DNA from: an archaeon
GTDB taxonomy: Archaea > Iainarchaeota > Iainarchaeia > Iainarchaeales > CSSED10-239
DNA length: 32,000 bases
Assembly: GCA_035400625.1 (NCBI GenBank)
Contig: DAOMZT010000001.1
Span: 150,001 to 182,000 of the forward strand
Reading direction: 5' to 3'
The position numbers and the translations under genes were made by a program. Under the pieces are notes generated by a model. The model worked only from the letters and a program-made list of their open reading frames with translations, did not search any database and was not told the origin of the DNA. Shown piece by piece: positions 8,118 to 15,261 of the stretch; the stretch's first letter is position 1, and every line of letters begins with the position of its first letter.

Positions 8118-9005
8118 ATGGTTGAAATAAATTCAGAATTAAAAGCAGTGGTTGATGCTTTGCAAAATGAAAAGACAGTTTGTCTTTTAGCGCCTAGCTT
8201 TCCAGTTGATTTTTGTTTTCCAGATATAATTCTGGATCTTAGAAGGCTTGGCTTTACTAAAGTTGTAGAGCTTACATATGCTGCAAAACTAATAAACTAT
8301 AAATATATAAGAACAATGAACGAAAATCCTGACAAGCAGTTTATTTGTGGGAACTGTCCAACAATTGTTAAATTAATAGAAAATCAACATCCTGATCTAA
8401 AAGAAAATATTCTAGATGTTGCTTCTCCAATGGTGGTTATGGCGCGTTTTGTAAAAAGAGAATTTGGAGAAGATTACAAAACAATTTTTATTGGGCCTTG
8501 CTTTTCTAAAAAAACAGAAGCCAAGGAAAATTCAGATTGTGTTGACTTTGCTCTAACATTCAAAGAATTAACTGAACTTTATGCTTATTGCGAAGAAAAT
8601 AAACTTCTAAAAAACATTGAAGACAATAAAGCAAATAGAGAGTTTAATAAATTTTATAATGATGTTACAAAGATCTATCCACTTGAAGGCGGGGTTGCTA
8701 GTTGTTTAATTACCAAAGATATACTACATCTTGAAGAAGTGATGGTTTGCGATGGTCCAAAAAATATTGAAAAGGCAATTTCAGATTTTAAAAATAATAA
8801 AAAAATCAGATTTTTTGACATTGTCTTTTGCGAGGGGGGTTGCCTTGGCGGGCCAGGAATGATAAGTAAAGATGATTTGAAAATAAAGAAAGACAGAATC
8901 TTTGAATATAAAGACAAATCAAGATATTATCAGCCAGACGGAAACTACGGCAAGTTCGTGCATGCTTTTGGACTTGATATAAGCAGAAAAAAAGATTCAA
9001 AATGA
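8118..9005 (+). CDS. [FeFe]-hydrogenase large-subunit C-terminal (H-domain)/Nar1-like protein, minimal form
   Basis: 295 aa, collinear with the Fe-hydrogenase H-domain. Matching stretches are CLLAPSFPVDF, LGFTKVVELTYAA, FICGNCPTIV (L1-like), FIGPCFSKKTEA (L2-like), DFALTFKEL and FCEGGCLGGPG (L3-like). There is no N-terminal ferredoxin domain. The ATG directly follows the taw1 TAA. Confidence 0.8.
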   Translation: MVEINSELKAVVDALQNEKTVCLLAPSFPVDFCFPDIILDLRRLGFTKVVELTYAAKLINYKYIRTMNENPDKQFICGNCPTIVKLIENQHPDLKENILDVASPMVVMARFVKREFGEDYKTIFIGPCFSKKTEAKENSDCVDFALTFKELTELYAYCEENKLLKNIEDNKANREFNKFYNDVTKIYPLEGGVASCLITKDILHLEEVMVCDGPKNIEKAISDFKNNKKIRFFDIVFCEGGCLGGPGMISKDDLKIKKDRIFEYKDKSRYYQPDGNYGKFVHAFGLDISRKKDSK

Positions 9006-9026
9006 TGCTTCAAATATAGTTTGTTT

Positions 9027-9257
9027 CTAGTATACAAAGTAAAAAGACATGATTGTGACTTTTAAAGGAGATAATAAACAAGAATTAGGTTTGTGAGTTG
9101 TTATATAACAACAAATAATATCTTGATTTATAGTGTTATGATAATCATTAGAAATTACAAGAACAGGTCTTTTCTTTGATCTAAATAAATCTGTAAATGG
9201 GAATAATGCTAAATATATTTCTCTTTGTTTAATATTTGTCCCATCTTTTGTCATCAT
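9027..9257 (-). CDS. PemK/MazF-family toxin-like protein, apparently C-terminally truncated
   Basis: 76 aa. REIYLALFPFTDLFRSKKRPVLVISND...IICCYITT matches the N-terminal two-thirds of MazF/PemK (the xxRPxLVxS core). The ORF then ends about 35 aa early, 21 nt from the convergent gene. It overlaps the upstream antitoxin gene. Confidence 0.55.
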   Translation of the reverse strand: MMTKDGTNIKQREIYLALFPFTDLFRSKKRPVLVISNDYHNTINQDIICCYITTHKPNSCLLSPLKVTIMSFYFVY

Positions 9258-9471
9258 TATTGTTCCAACTTTTCAATGATTTATCTAGCATCTTGTAATA
9301 TTCCTTGTCTTCTTTGGTTTTTATTATATCTTCTGCTTTTTGAAGAATTATCCTTTTTTTATCAACAACCAAAAGCAGAGACTCCCCTCTCTTTAAGTTA
9401 AGTTTATTTCTAATACTTACAGGAATACTTATTTGCCCTTTATCACTAATTGTTGCTGTCTTAATTAACAT
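9229..9471 (-). CDS. AbrB/MazE/SpoVT-family antitoxin-like DNA-binding protein
   Basis: MLIKTATISDKGQISIPVSIRNKLNLKRGESLLLVVD is a typical swapped-hairpin AbrB/SpoVT domain. The start was chosen at the internal Met (9471), which has an AGGT-like SD. The track ORF extends to 9513. Confidence 0.75.
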   Translation of the reverse strand: MLIKTATISDKGQISIPVSIRNKLNLKRGESLLLVVDKKRIILQKAEDIIKTKEDKEYYKMLDKSLKSWNNNDDKRWDKY

Positions 9472-9539
9472 TTTCTTACCTTTCTTACTAACAAGTAAAT
9501 TAAGAAGCAACAACTATATAAAGATATAAGATATGGAAT

Positions 9540-10568
9540 CTAGTCAGTGATTCCATTCTCTGTAACTTGATAAACTGCTTCGCCATCAGGAAGGCTTGGT
9601 GAATCAACTAATTTTGCAATTCTTTTTGATCCGGAGCCTTTTCTTAAATAGATTCTTGTCTTTGATGCGTGTTTAACAATGTTACCACCAATAGCGTCTG
9701 TTGGATCTCCAAACAAAACATCTGGTCTTGACATTACTTGGTTTGTTACAAATACAACCACATTGTAAAGTTCAGCAATTCTTTGAAGCAACCTCATATG
9801 ACTATTTAGCTTTTGTTGTCTGTCTGATAATTGCCCTCTTCCAATAAACTCTGATCTAAACTGGCTTGTTAAAGAATCAACAATCACAAGCTTAATGTTC
9901 TTTTCTTTAATAATCTCTTGAGCCTTGTCAGCCAATAACATTTGATGGTTGCTATTAAAGGCTCTTGCAACATAGATGTTTTTCATAACCTCTTCAGGAT
10001 TTAAGCCTCTATATTTTGCAATCTGAGCAATTCTTTCTGGTCTAAATGAGTTTTCTGTATCAATATAAAGAGCACCACCACCTAGCCCTCCTTTTTCAAC
10101 AGGCATTTGTGCTAAAACACATAATTGAAAACACCATTGTGATTTACCAGAAGCAAACATACCATAAACTTCTGTTATTGATTGGCTTTCTATTCCTCCA
10201 CCCAAAAGTTCATCAAGCTCTGATGAACCAGTTGTTAATCTAGCAATTGTCTTTCTTCTATCTAATATCTTTTCTGCAGTTTCATAACCCATCTCTAGTG
10301 AATCTCTTGCTGCTTTAATTGCTTTAATTGCTGTCCCTTCGCCAAGACCAGCAACAGCCACTAATTCGCTTGGAGAAGCAACAGCTATTGCCTCTAAAGA
10401 ATCATAACCAGCAGATAAAAGCTTTTCTGCAGATGCTGGGCCAATACCTGGTAAATCAGTAATAGACATGTCTTTTCCAGGAACTGCCTCTTCTTGATTA
10501 TCTATATAATCTTCATCTACATTTTCAAATTCTAAACTCATTTTTTCTACCTTTTTTTCTTTTGCCAT
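9540..10568 (-). CDS. radA: DNA repair and recombination protein RadA
   Basis: 342 aa with the N-terminal HhH domain [34 protein letters not shown] and a Walker A-like GMFASGKSQ. The C-terminus is RadA/Rad51-type ([22 protein letters not shown]). It has an acidic N-terminal extension of about 30 aa. Confidence 0.95.
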   Translation of the reverse strand: MAKEKKVEKMSLEFENVDEDYIDNQEEAVPGKDMSITDLPGIGPASAEKLLSAGYDSLEAIAVASPSELVAVAGLGEGTAIKAIKAARDSLEMGYETAEKILDRRKTIARLTTGSSELDELLGGGIESQSITEVYGMFASGKSQWCFQLCVLAQMPVEKGGLGGGALYIDTENSFRPERIAQIAKYRGLNPEEVMKNIYVARAFNSNHQMLLADKAQEIIKEKNIKLVIVDSLTSQFRSEFIGRGQLSDRQQKLNSHMRLLQRIAELYNVVVFVTNQVMSRPDVLFGDPTDAIGGNIVKHASKTRIYLRKGSGSKRIAKLVDSPSLPDGEAVYQVTENGITD

Positions 10569-10673
10569 ATATATTACACCTCTTTTTATTTAAAAGTATT
10601 TGGTTTACTTATAATTATACTGGTGTTCTTCAAATAGGGGTTATTTTCGGGGGGGTAGCTGTCCAGTGCAAAG

Positions 10674-10681
10674 TTTATAAA
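10674..10681 (+). promoter_or_regulatory. Candidate archaeal TATA box (TTTATAAA) with a purine-rich BRE-like GCAAAG immediately upstream
   Basis: GTGCAAAG-TTTATAAA lies in the radA/membrane-protein divergent intergenic region, about 85 nt upstream of the ATG at 10764. AT-rich matches are frequent by chance in this genome. Confidence 0.3.
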
Positions 10682-10763
10682 TGTTGCATATTTTTTTACC
10701 TAATAATAAAAATCTCTTTAAAAAAGGTTACTGCTTCTTTTTTATTTAATTTGGTGATATTAA

Positions 10764-11483
10764 ATGATACAAGAAAAATCTCAAGAAGAATACGATACAC
10801 AAAATAAAACATGGCTTATTTTATCTTTTGCAGGGGTAATTATTGCAGCAATTTTAAGTATCCTGTTTGCTCCAATAGGAGGAAGAATGAATCTCTTTCT
10901 TTTGTTGTTAATTGCAGGAATATTTGGTTTTTCTAGCGCATATATTGTTTTGTCCGCAATACTTGATATATTATCTTTATTTATTAAAAAATTAAAAACA
11001 GATTATTATACTAAATTTACTATAAAAATGGTTATTGGCTCTGCTGCAACTATTATTTTATTAATTATATTAATTATTGGAAATTTTGCTAATTTAGATG
11101 GCAGGAGTTTATCTCCAATAATTTCAACTAAGCAACTATTATCTGACCAAATAAACAATCCAGGAGCAGAAAGCTGTACTGATCCAGTTACATTTACTAA
11201 AAAGGTATCACAAATCTCTGCAGAAGAACTTACCAGAAATACAAGACTAAATTATGAGCAAGTTATTTTTGCTAACCCTGATGATATCCTTAACTTTTAT
11301 GCTAGTAATTATTCATTAAAATACACTGGCACAACCAATAAAAAAGTAATAATGTGTGCAATTTGTTCAGGCAATGGTAAAACAGGACTAGAGAGAGCAC
11401 TTCAAAAAAATGGGGTTAATTTAACAACAATTTCATCAACTATAGAAGAAACCCTTTGTGTTATTTATCCAAAAAAAGGCTAA
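10764..11483 (+). CDS. Hypothetical membrane protein (about 3 TM helices plus a Cys-containing C-terminal soluble domain)
   Basis: 239 aa. The hydrophobic segments are WLILSFAGVIIAAILSILFAPI, LFLLLLIAGIFGFSSAYIVLSAILDILSLFI and MVIGSAATIILLIILIIGNF. I recognise no family. Confidence 0.6.
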   Translation: MIQEKSQEEYDTQNKTWLILSFAGVIIAAILSILFAPIGGRMNLFLLLLIAGIFGFSSAYIVLSAILDILSLFIKKLKTDYYTKFTIKMVIGSAATIILLIILIIGNFANLDGRSLSPIISTKQLLSDQINNPGAESCTDPVTFTKKVSQISAEELTRNTRLNYEQVIFANPDDILNFYASNYSLKYTGTTNKKVIMCAICSGNGKTGLERALQKNGVNLTTISSTIEETLCVIYPKKG

Positions 11484-11603
11484 TATCACATAAATTATTT
11501 GCTGCTTTTAAATATTTTGGTTTTCTTAACCAAAAAGGCTTTAAAAAGAATATATAATATATTAATGGGAAGTAAAATAAAAAATAAAAATATGTGAAGA
11601 TTT

Positions 11604-13385
11604 ATGGCTATGGACTATGAAAACATACGATGGTTAAAAGAACTTGGTTCTACAGATTCTAGAACAATTGGAAGAAAAGCAGCAAGGCTTGCACAGTTAG
11701 CTTCTAGTGGCATTTCAGTACCAAGAGGTTTTGTTGTTACTGCAACCGAATTCTTTAATTTTATTCAAACTAATAATCTTAAATCAAAGATTATAGAAAT
11801 ACTAAGAAGCATAAACTATAATGATAGACAAGATATAGAAAATAAATCAGAAGAAATAAAACAAATAATATTAAAAGGGAAATTAAATCAAGAAGCAGAA
11901 ATCGAATTATACAAATATTATGGCAAACTTGGAGATGTTGGTGGTGGCTGGTTACCTAGCAGTGCAGATGCTTTTGTAGCAGTTAGATGTTCTGTTGTTT
12001 GTGATGATGGAGAAGTGTGCGACACAAAATTTATAGAAGAGGAAGGGGGCTCATTAAATATTAAAGGAAAGGCAGAACTTGTAAATTGTCTAAAAGAAAC
12101 CTGGGCAACACTTTACAGCCCAGATGTGCTGGAATACGCACACAAAAAAGGAATAAATGTTGAAAGGCTTGGTATAGGGGTAATTATTCAAAACATGATT
12201 GCTGCCAAATACTCGGGAATTATAATCTCAAGCAAAAGTGCGATGGATCCTAACACTGTTATTATTGAAGCAGTATATGGCTTTGGAGGTTCTCATGTTA
12301 TTAAAGAAATAACTCCTGACCATTATGAAACCCAAAAAAAGCCATACCAAACAATTAGCAAAACGGTTTCTAAACAAGATTGGGAACTAAAAAGAATAAA
12401 GGGGCGAACAGTAAAAGATGCAGTTCTAGAATCAGAAAGAGAGAAACAAAAAGTAAATACCCATATTCTAAAAGACCTAACAAATACTGCAATGAAAATA
12501 GAAGAATATTTTGGAACTCCACAGATTATAGAATGGGCAATGGATAAAGCAGATGTCTATATTATTTCTTCTGAAGCAGTTAACCCAAACACTGTAGAAA
12601 AAACCAAAAGAAACCCTCAACAAAAAATTAGTTCTTTTAAAAACCAATTACTAATGAAAGGGGTTGGGATAAATGGGGGAGTTGTTAATGGAATAGTCGT
12701 AACAATAATCAATTATAATGATCTTGAAAAAATCACACATGAATCAATACTTGTTACTGCAATGACTGATCAAGAAATGCTAGGTGCTATGAAAATTGCA
12801 AGAGGCATTATTACTAATGCAGGAAGTTCTCTGTGCCACGCAGCAGTGATTGCTAAAGATTTAGATAAGCCTTGTATTGTTGGAACTAGATTTGCAACAG
12901 AACAGCTTCTTGATGGCGAGAAGATACAAATGAATGCACAGACTGGAGAAATTTATGCAATTGCTTCTCTTGATGTTGTAGATATTCATCCAGAAGAAGA
13001 TTCTTTTTTAGATGAAAAAGAACAAAGAACAAAACAGCTTTGGGAAGAACAAAGAGAACTTAGAAATAAAGGGGCAGTAATCACTAATAAAAAAGCACCT
13101 AAAAAACAAGCAGCACCAAACCACATTATTTTTAACGAGCCAGTTGTTGAAAAACCAAAGGTTGCAGAAAAAGCAACATCTAAATATATAGATGCGCAAG
13201 GAAACCTAAATATTAAAGATTTAAATCATATTGAGATTGAAAAAGTCAAGCAAATAGTAATTCCAATAAATTTGTTGTTTGGAGCTGACGACATAAAAAA
13301 ACTAAAAACAGAATATCCTGGCTCAGTTAGCATGGTTGCAAAAGAAAAAATAAAAAAAGTCCTAAAGGATATTAAAGATATATAA
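11604..13385 (+). CDS. PEP-utilising enzyme family protein (PpsA/PPDK-like ATP-grasp N-domain + phosphohistidine swivel domain) lacking the PEP/pyruvate TIM-barrel domain
   Basis: 593 aa. The N-terminus (WLKELGSTDSRTIGRKAARLAQLASSGISVPRGFVVTATEF) is PPDK_N-like. The mobile-domain motif ILVTAMTDQEMLGAMKIARGIITNAGSSLCHAAVIAKDLDKPCIVGT carries the catalytic-His position. The last 160 aa or so are a Lys/Glu-rich region instead of the C-terminal barrel. Confidence 0.85.
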   Translation: MAMDYENIRWLKELGSTDSRTIGRKAARLAQLASSGISVPRGFVVTATEFFNFIQTNNLKSKIIEILRSINYNDRQDIENKSEEIKQIILKGKLNQEAEIELYKYYGKLGDVGGGWLPSSADAFVAVRCSVVCDDGEVCDTKFIEEEGGSLNIKGKAELVNCLKETWATLYSPDVLEYAHKKGINVERLGIGVIIQNMIAAKYSGIIISSKSAMDPNTVIIEAVYGFGGSHVIKEITPDHYETQKKPYQTISKTVSKQDWELKRIKGRTVKDAVLESEREKQKVNTHILKDLTNTAMKIEEYFGTPQIIEWAMDKADVYIISSEAVNPNTVEKTKRNPQQKISSFKNQLLMKGVGINGGVVNGIVVTIINYNDLEKITHESILVTAMTDQEMLGAMKIARGIITNAGSSLCHAAVIAKDLDKPCIVGTRFATEQLLDGEKIQMNAQTGEIYAIASLDVVDIHPEEDSFLDEKEQRTKQLWEEQRELRNKGAVITNKKAPKKQAAPNHIIFNEPVVEKPKVAEKATSKYIDAQGNLNIKDLNHIEIEKVKQIVIPINLLFGADDIKKLKTEYPGSVSMVAKEKIKKVLKDIKDI

Positions 13386-13388
13386 AAG

Positions 13389-13790
13389 ATGCATATGCCA
13401 AGAAAAGTAATAACACTAAGACCAAAACCAAAAATTAGTAAATTTAAAACAAAACCAAGAGTTCAATTAAAAGAAAACACTAGTAATCCACACATAAGAA
13501 CAGTAAACACATTATTTTCAAGTGCCAAAACAACAAGTGCCCAATTTGCAAAATTAAAATTTTGTTATTCTTCTTTTGCTAAGAAAAGAAGAAAATTAGA
13601 ACGCATACTTATAGAAATCAAAAACAACACAAGTCCTGAAAAGATATTTAGAGAAATAGAACATTTTGATATCGCAGAATATAAAGCAATAGGTAGAGAA
13701 AAATACTGCGCTAATTTAGCAAAAGAAATTTTGTCTTTAAAACAAGCATATAATTATGCAGATAATATTCTTAGGAAATATAAAAAATAA
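13389..13790 (+). CDS. Hypothetical small basic protein
   Basis: 133 aa, Lys/Arg-rich. Its start lies 3 nt after the stop of the PpsA-like gene. The N-terminal motif ITLRPKPK recurs in ORF 29713..30063. I recognise no family. Confidence 0.5.
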   Translation: MHMPRKVITLRPKPKISKFKTKPRVQLKENTSNPHIRTVNTLFSSAKTTSAQFAKLKFCYSSFAKKRRKLERILIEIKNNTSPEKIFREIEHFDIAEYKAIGREKYCANLAKEILSLKQAYNYADNILRKYKK

Positions 13791-13860
13791 GCCTTGGCAG
13801 AGAGTCGAACTCTGTTCTTTCGCTCTGCAGGCGAATGCATGACCGGTCTGCCACCAAGGC
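13790..13860 (-). tRNA. tRNA-Cys (anticodon GCA), no encoded CCA
   Basis: Hand-folded: acceptor GCCTTGG/CCAAGGC, D arm GCAG-ACCGGTC-ATGC (G13-A22 mismatch), anticodon arm TTCGC-CTGCAGA-GCGAA, short variable AGAA, T arm CAGAG-TTCGACT-CTCTG, discriminator U. Its 3' end touches the stop codon of the convergent ORF 13389..13790. Confidence 0.88.
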
Positions 13861-13939
13861 ACATTATTTGTTATATATTTAAGAAGGAATATCTTTTTAA
13901 AGGAAACAATTATTAACAATTTCTGTTTATTATTTATTT

Positions 13940-15121
13940 ATGAGAATTGGGATAATTAGTGATTGGCATCTAGGTGTTAATTTTGATAATGAGCTAGGAA
14001 AAGATTGTTTTACAAATCTCTTAACAGCATTCAAGCAACTTGAAAAACAAGAAATTGATTTGTTACTAGTTCCCGGAGATCTTTTTGATGTTTCTGTTCC
14101 TAGCCACGAGGTGCTGTTTGAAGCAATTTCTATTCTTAAAGATTTAAATCTAAAAAACAACTTTACTGAACTTTCAAGCAATCTTCCAATCATCGCAATA
14201 ATCGGTAACCACGAATATCGTTCAAAAGACTATATAACAACTGTTGAAATTTTAGAGTCTCTTGGTTTTTTAAAATTACTAAAAGCAGATTGCTTGAAAT
14301 TTGAAAAGGAAAAAGTAGCGATCTTTGGAATGACAGGCGTTCCTGAAAAATATGCCAAAGATTATCTTCTTGAAAAGTTCAATCCAAAGGCGATTTCTGG
14401 TTATTATAATATCTTGATGATGCATCAATCAATTGTTGAGTATTTGCCATTTGAAGATGAGATGATTGCAACTATTTCTCTTTCTGATCTTCCATCAGAT
14501 TTTGATTTGATTGTTAATGGACATCTTCATTGGTCAAGCATTGTTGATCTTCCTCAAGGCTCCAAATTCCTACTACCTGGTTCAACAGTAACAACACAAA
14601 TAAAGAAAAAAGAAACTGAAAAGCCAAAAGGTTATTTTGTTCTTGATACAAACACCAAGGAATTTGAGTTTTTTGAGATTGAAGGTGTACGAAAAACTTA
14701 TTATCTTGATATTAAGTTTACAAAAAAAACAACGGCAACAGAAATTATTTCAAAGGCAAAAGAAGAGCTTGAGAAGTTAGAAAAAACTCCTGAGAAAAAA
14801 GCATTAGTAAGGATTAGACTAAAAGGTGAGCTTGAAGATGGCGAGCTCTTGAAAAACCTTGATATCAATTCTTTAAAAAAAGAATATTCTGATTATTTTT
14901 ATATTTCTTTAAAGAACGACATTTCTGAAAAAAAGCTAAAGGAAAGCATAGAGCAACTTAAAAAGCTACAAACAGAGAACAAAAATGTACAGGAACTTGC
15001 AAAAGAAATCTTTTCTGAGCAGATTGAGCAAACCAAGATCTCCAAAGATTTTGATTACAAAAGACTTTATGAACTTTTGGAAAATGGAGATATAGAGAAA
15101 GCAAAAAGTTTGATTTACTAA
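13940..15121 (+). CDS. mre11: DNA double-strand break repair nuclease Mre11
   Basis: 393 aa with calcineurin-like phosphoesterase motifs in Mre11 order: IISDWHLG, VPGDLFD, GNHE, MMHQ, GHLH. The C-terminal region is coiled and Lys/Glu-rich. Confidence 0.9.
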   Translation: MRIGIISDWHLGVNFDNELGKDCFTNLLTAFKQLEKQEIDLLLVPGDLFDVSVPSHEVLFEAISILKDLNLKNNFTELSSNLPIIAIIGNHEYRSKDYITTVEILESLGFLKLLKADCLKFEKEKVAIFGMTGVPEKYAKDYLLEKFNPKAISGYYNILMMHQSIVEYLPFEDEMIATISLSDLPSDFDLIVNGHLHWSSIVDLPQGSKFLLPGSTVTTQIKKKETEKPKGYFVLDTNTKEFEFFEIEGVRKTYYLDIKFTKKTTATEIISKAKEELEKLEKTPEKKALVRIRLKGELEDGELLKNLDINSLKKEYSDYFYISLKNDISEKKLKESIEQLKKLQTENKNVQELAKEIFSEQIEQTKISKDFDYKRLYELLENGDIEKAKSLIY

Positions 15122-15200
15122 GATATCTACAGGACCAAGAAAAAAAACAAAAAGGATTTAAATATTTAGTTTCTAACTACAATATATTTATAAAATATTA

Positions 15201-15220
15201 TATATTATATATATATATAT
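15201..15220. repeat. (TA)n dinucleotide microsatellite in the mre11/top6B intergenic region
   Basis: The sequence reads tatat-tatatatatatatatat, about 40 nt upstream of the top6B ATG and downstream of a TTTATAAAA element. Confidence 0.6.
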
Positions 15221-15261
15221 GACTAATAATTTAATCTAATTGTTTAAAATGTGAAATATTT

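Noticed and set aside
8118-9005. Calling the H-domain protein a bona fide H2-evolving [FeFe] hydrogenase
   Set aside because: The canonical TSCCP motif is altered (CGNCP). It has no accessory F-cluster domain, and there are no hydE/F/G maturase genes in the window. Only the hydrogenase-like/Nar1-like family assignment is supportable.
10562-10807. 81-aa + strand ORF covering the radA/membrane-protein intergenic region
   Set aside because: It starts inside the radA 5' end and runs through promoter-like AT-rich DNA. It overlaps the better-supported 10764 start in another frame, and it has no SD and no motif.
11604-13385. Annotating the 593-aa protein as phosphoenolpyruvate synthase (ppsA)
   Set aside because: The C-terminal PEP/pyruvate-binding barrel is not recognisable, so only the two N-terminal domains support a family-level call.
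13737-13919. 60-aa ORF on the - strand
   Set aside because: It spans the tRNA-Cys gene (13790..13860) and the intergenic DNA. The tRNA cloverleaf explains the GC-rich segment.
15181-15230. (TA)n-rich spacer considered as a possible CRISPR leader, repeat array or replication-origin element
   Set aside because: It is only a short dinucleotide tract with no spaced direct repeats, no ORB-like repeats and no adjacent cdc6/cas genes. It is most simply promoter-region low complexity.
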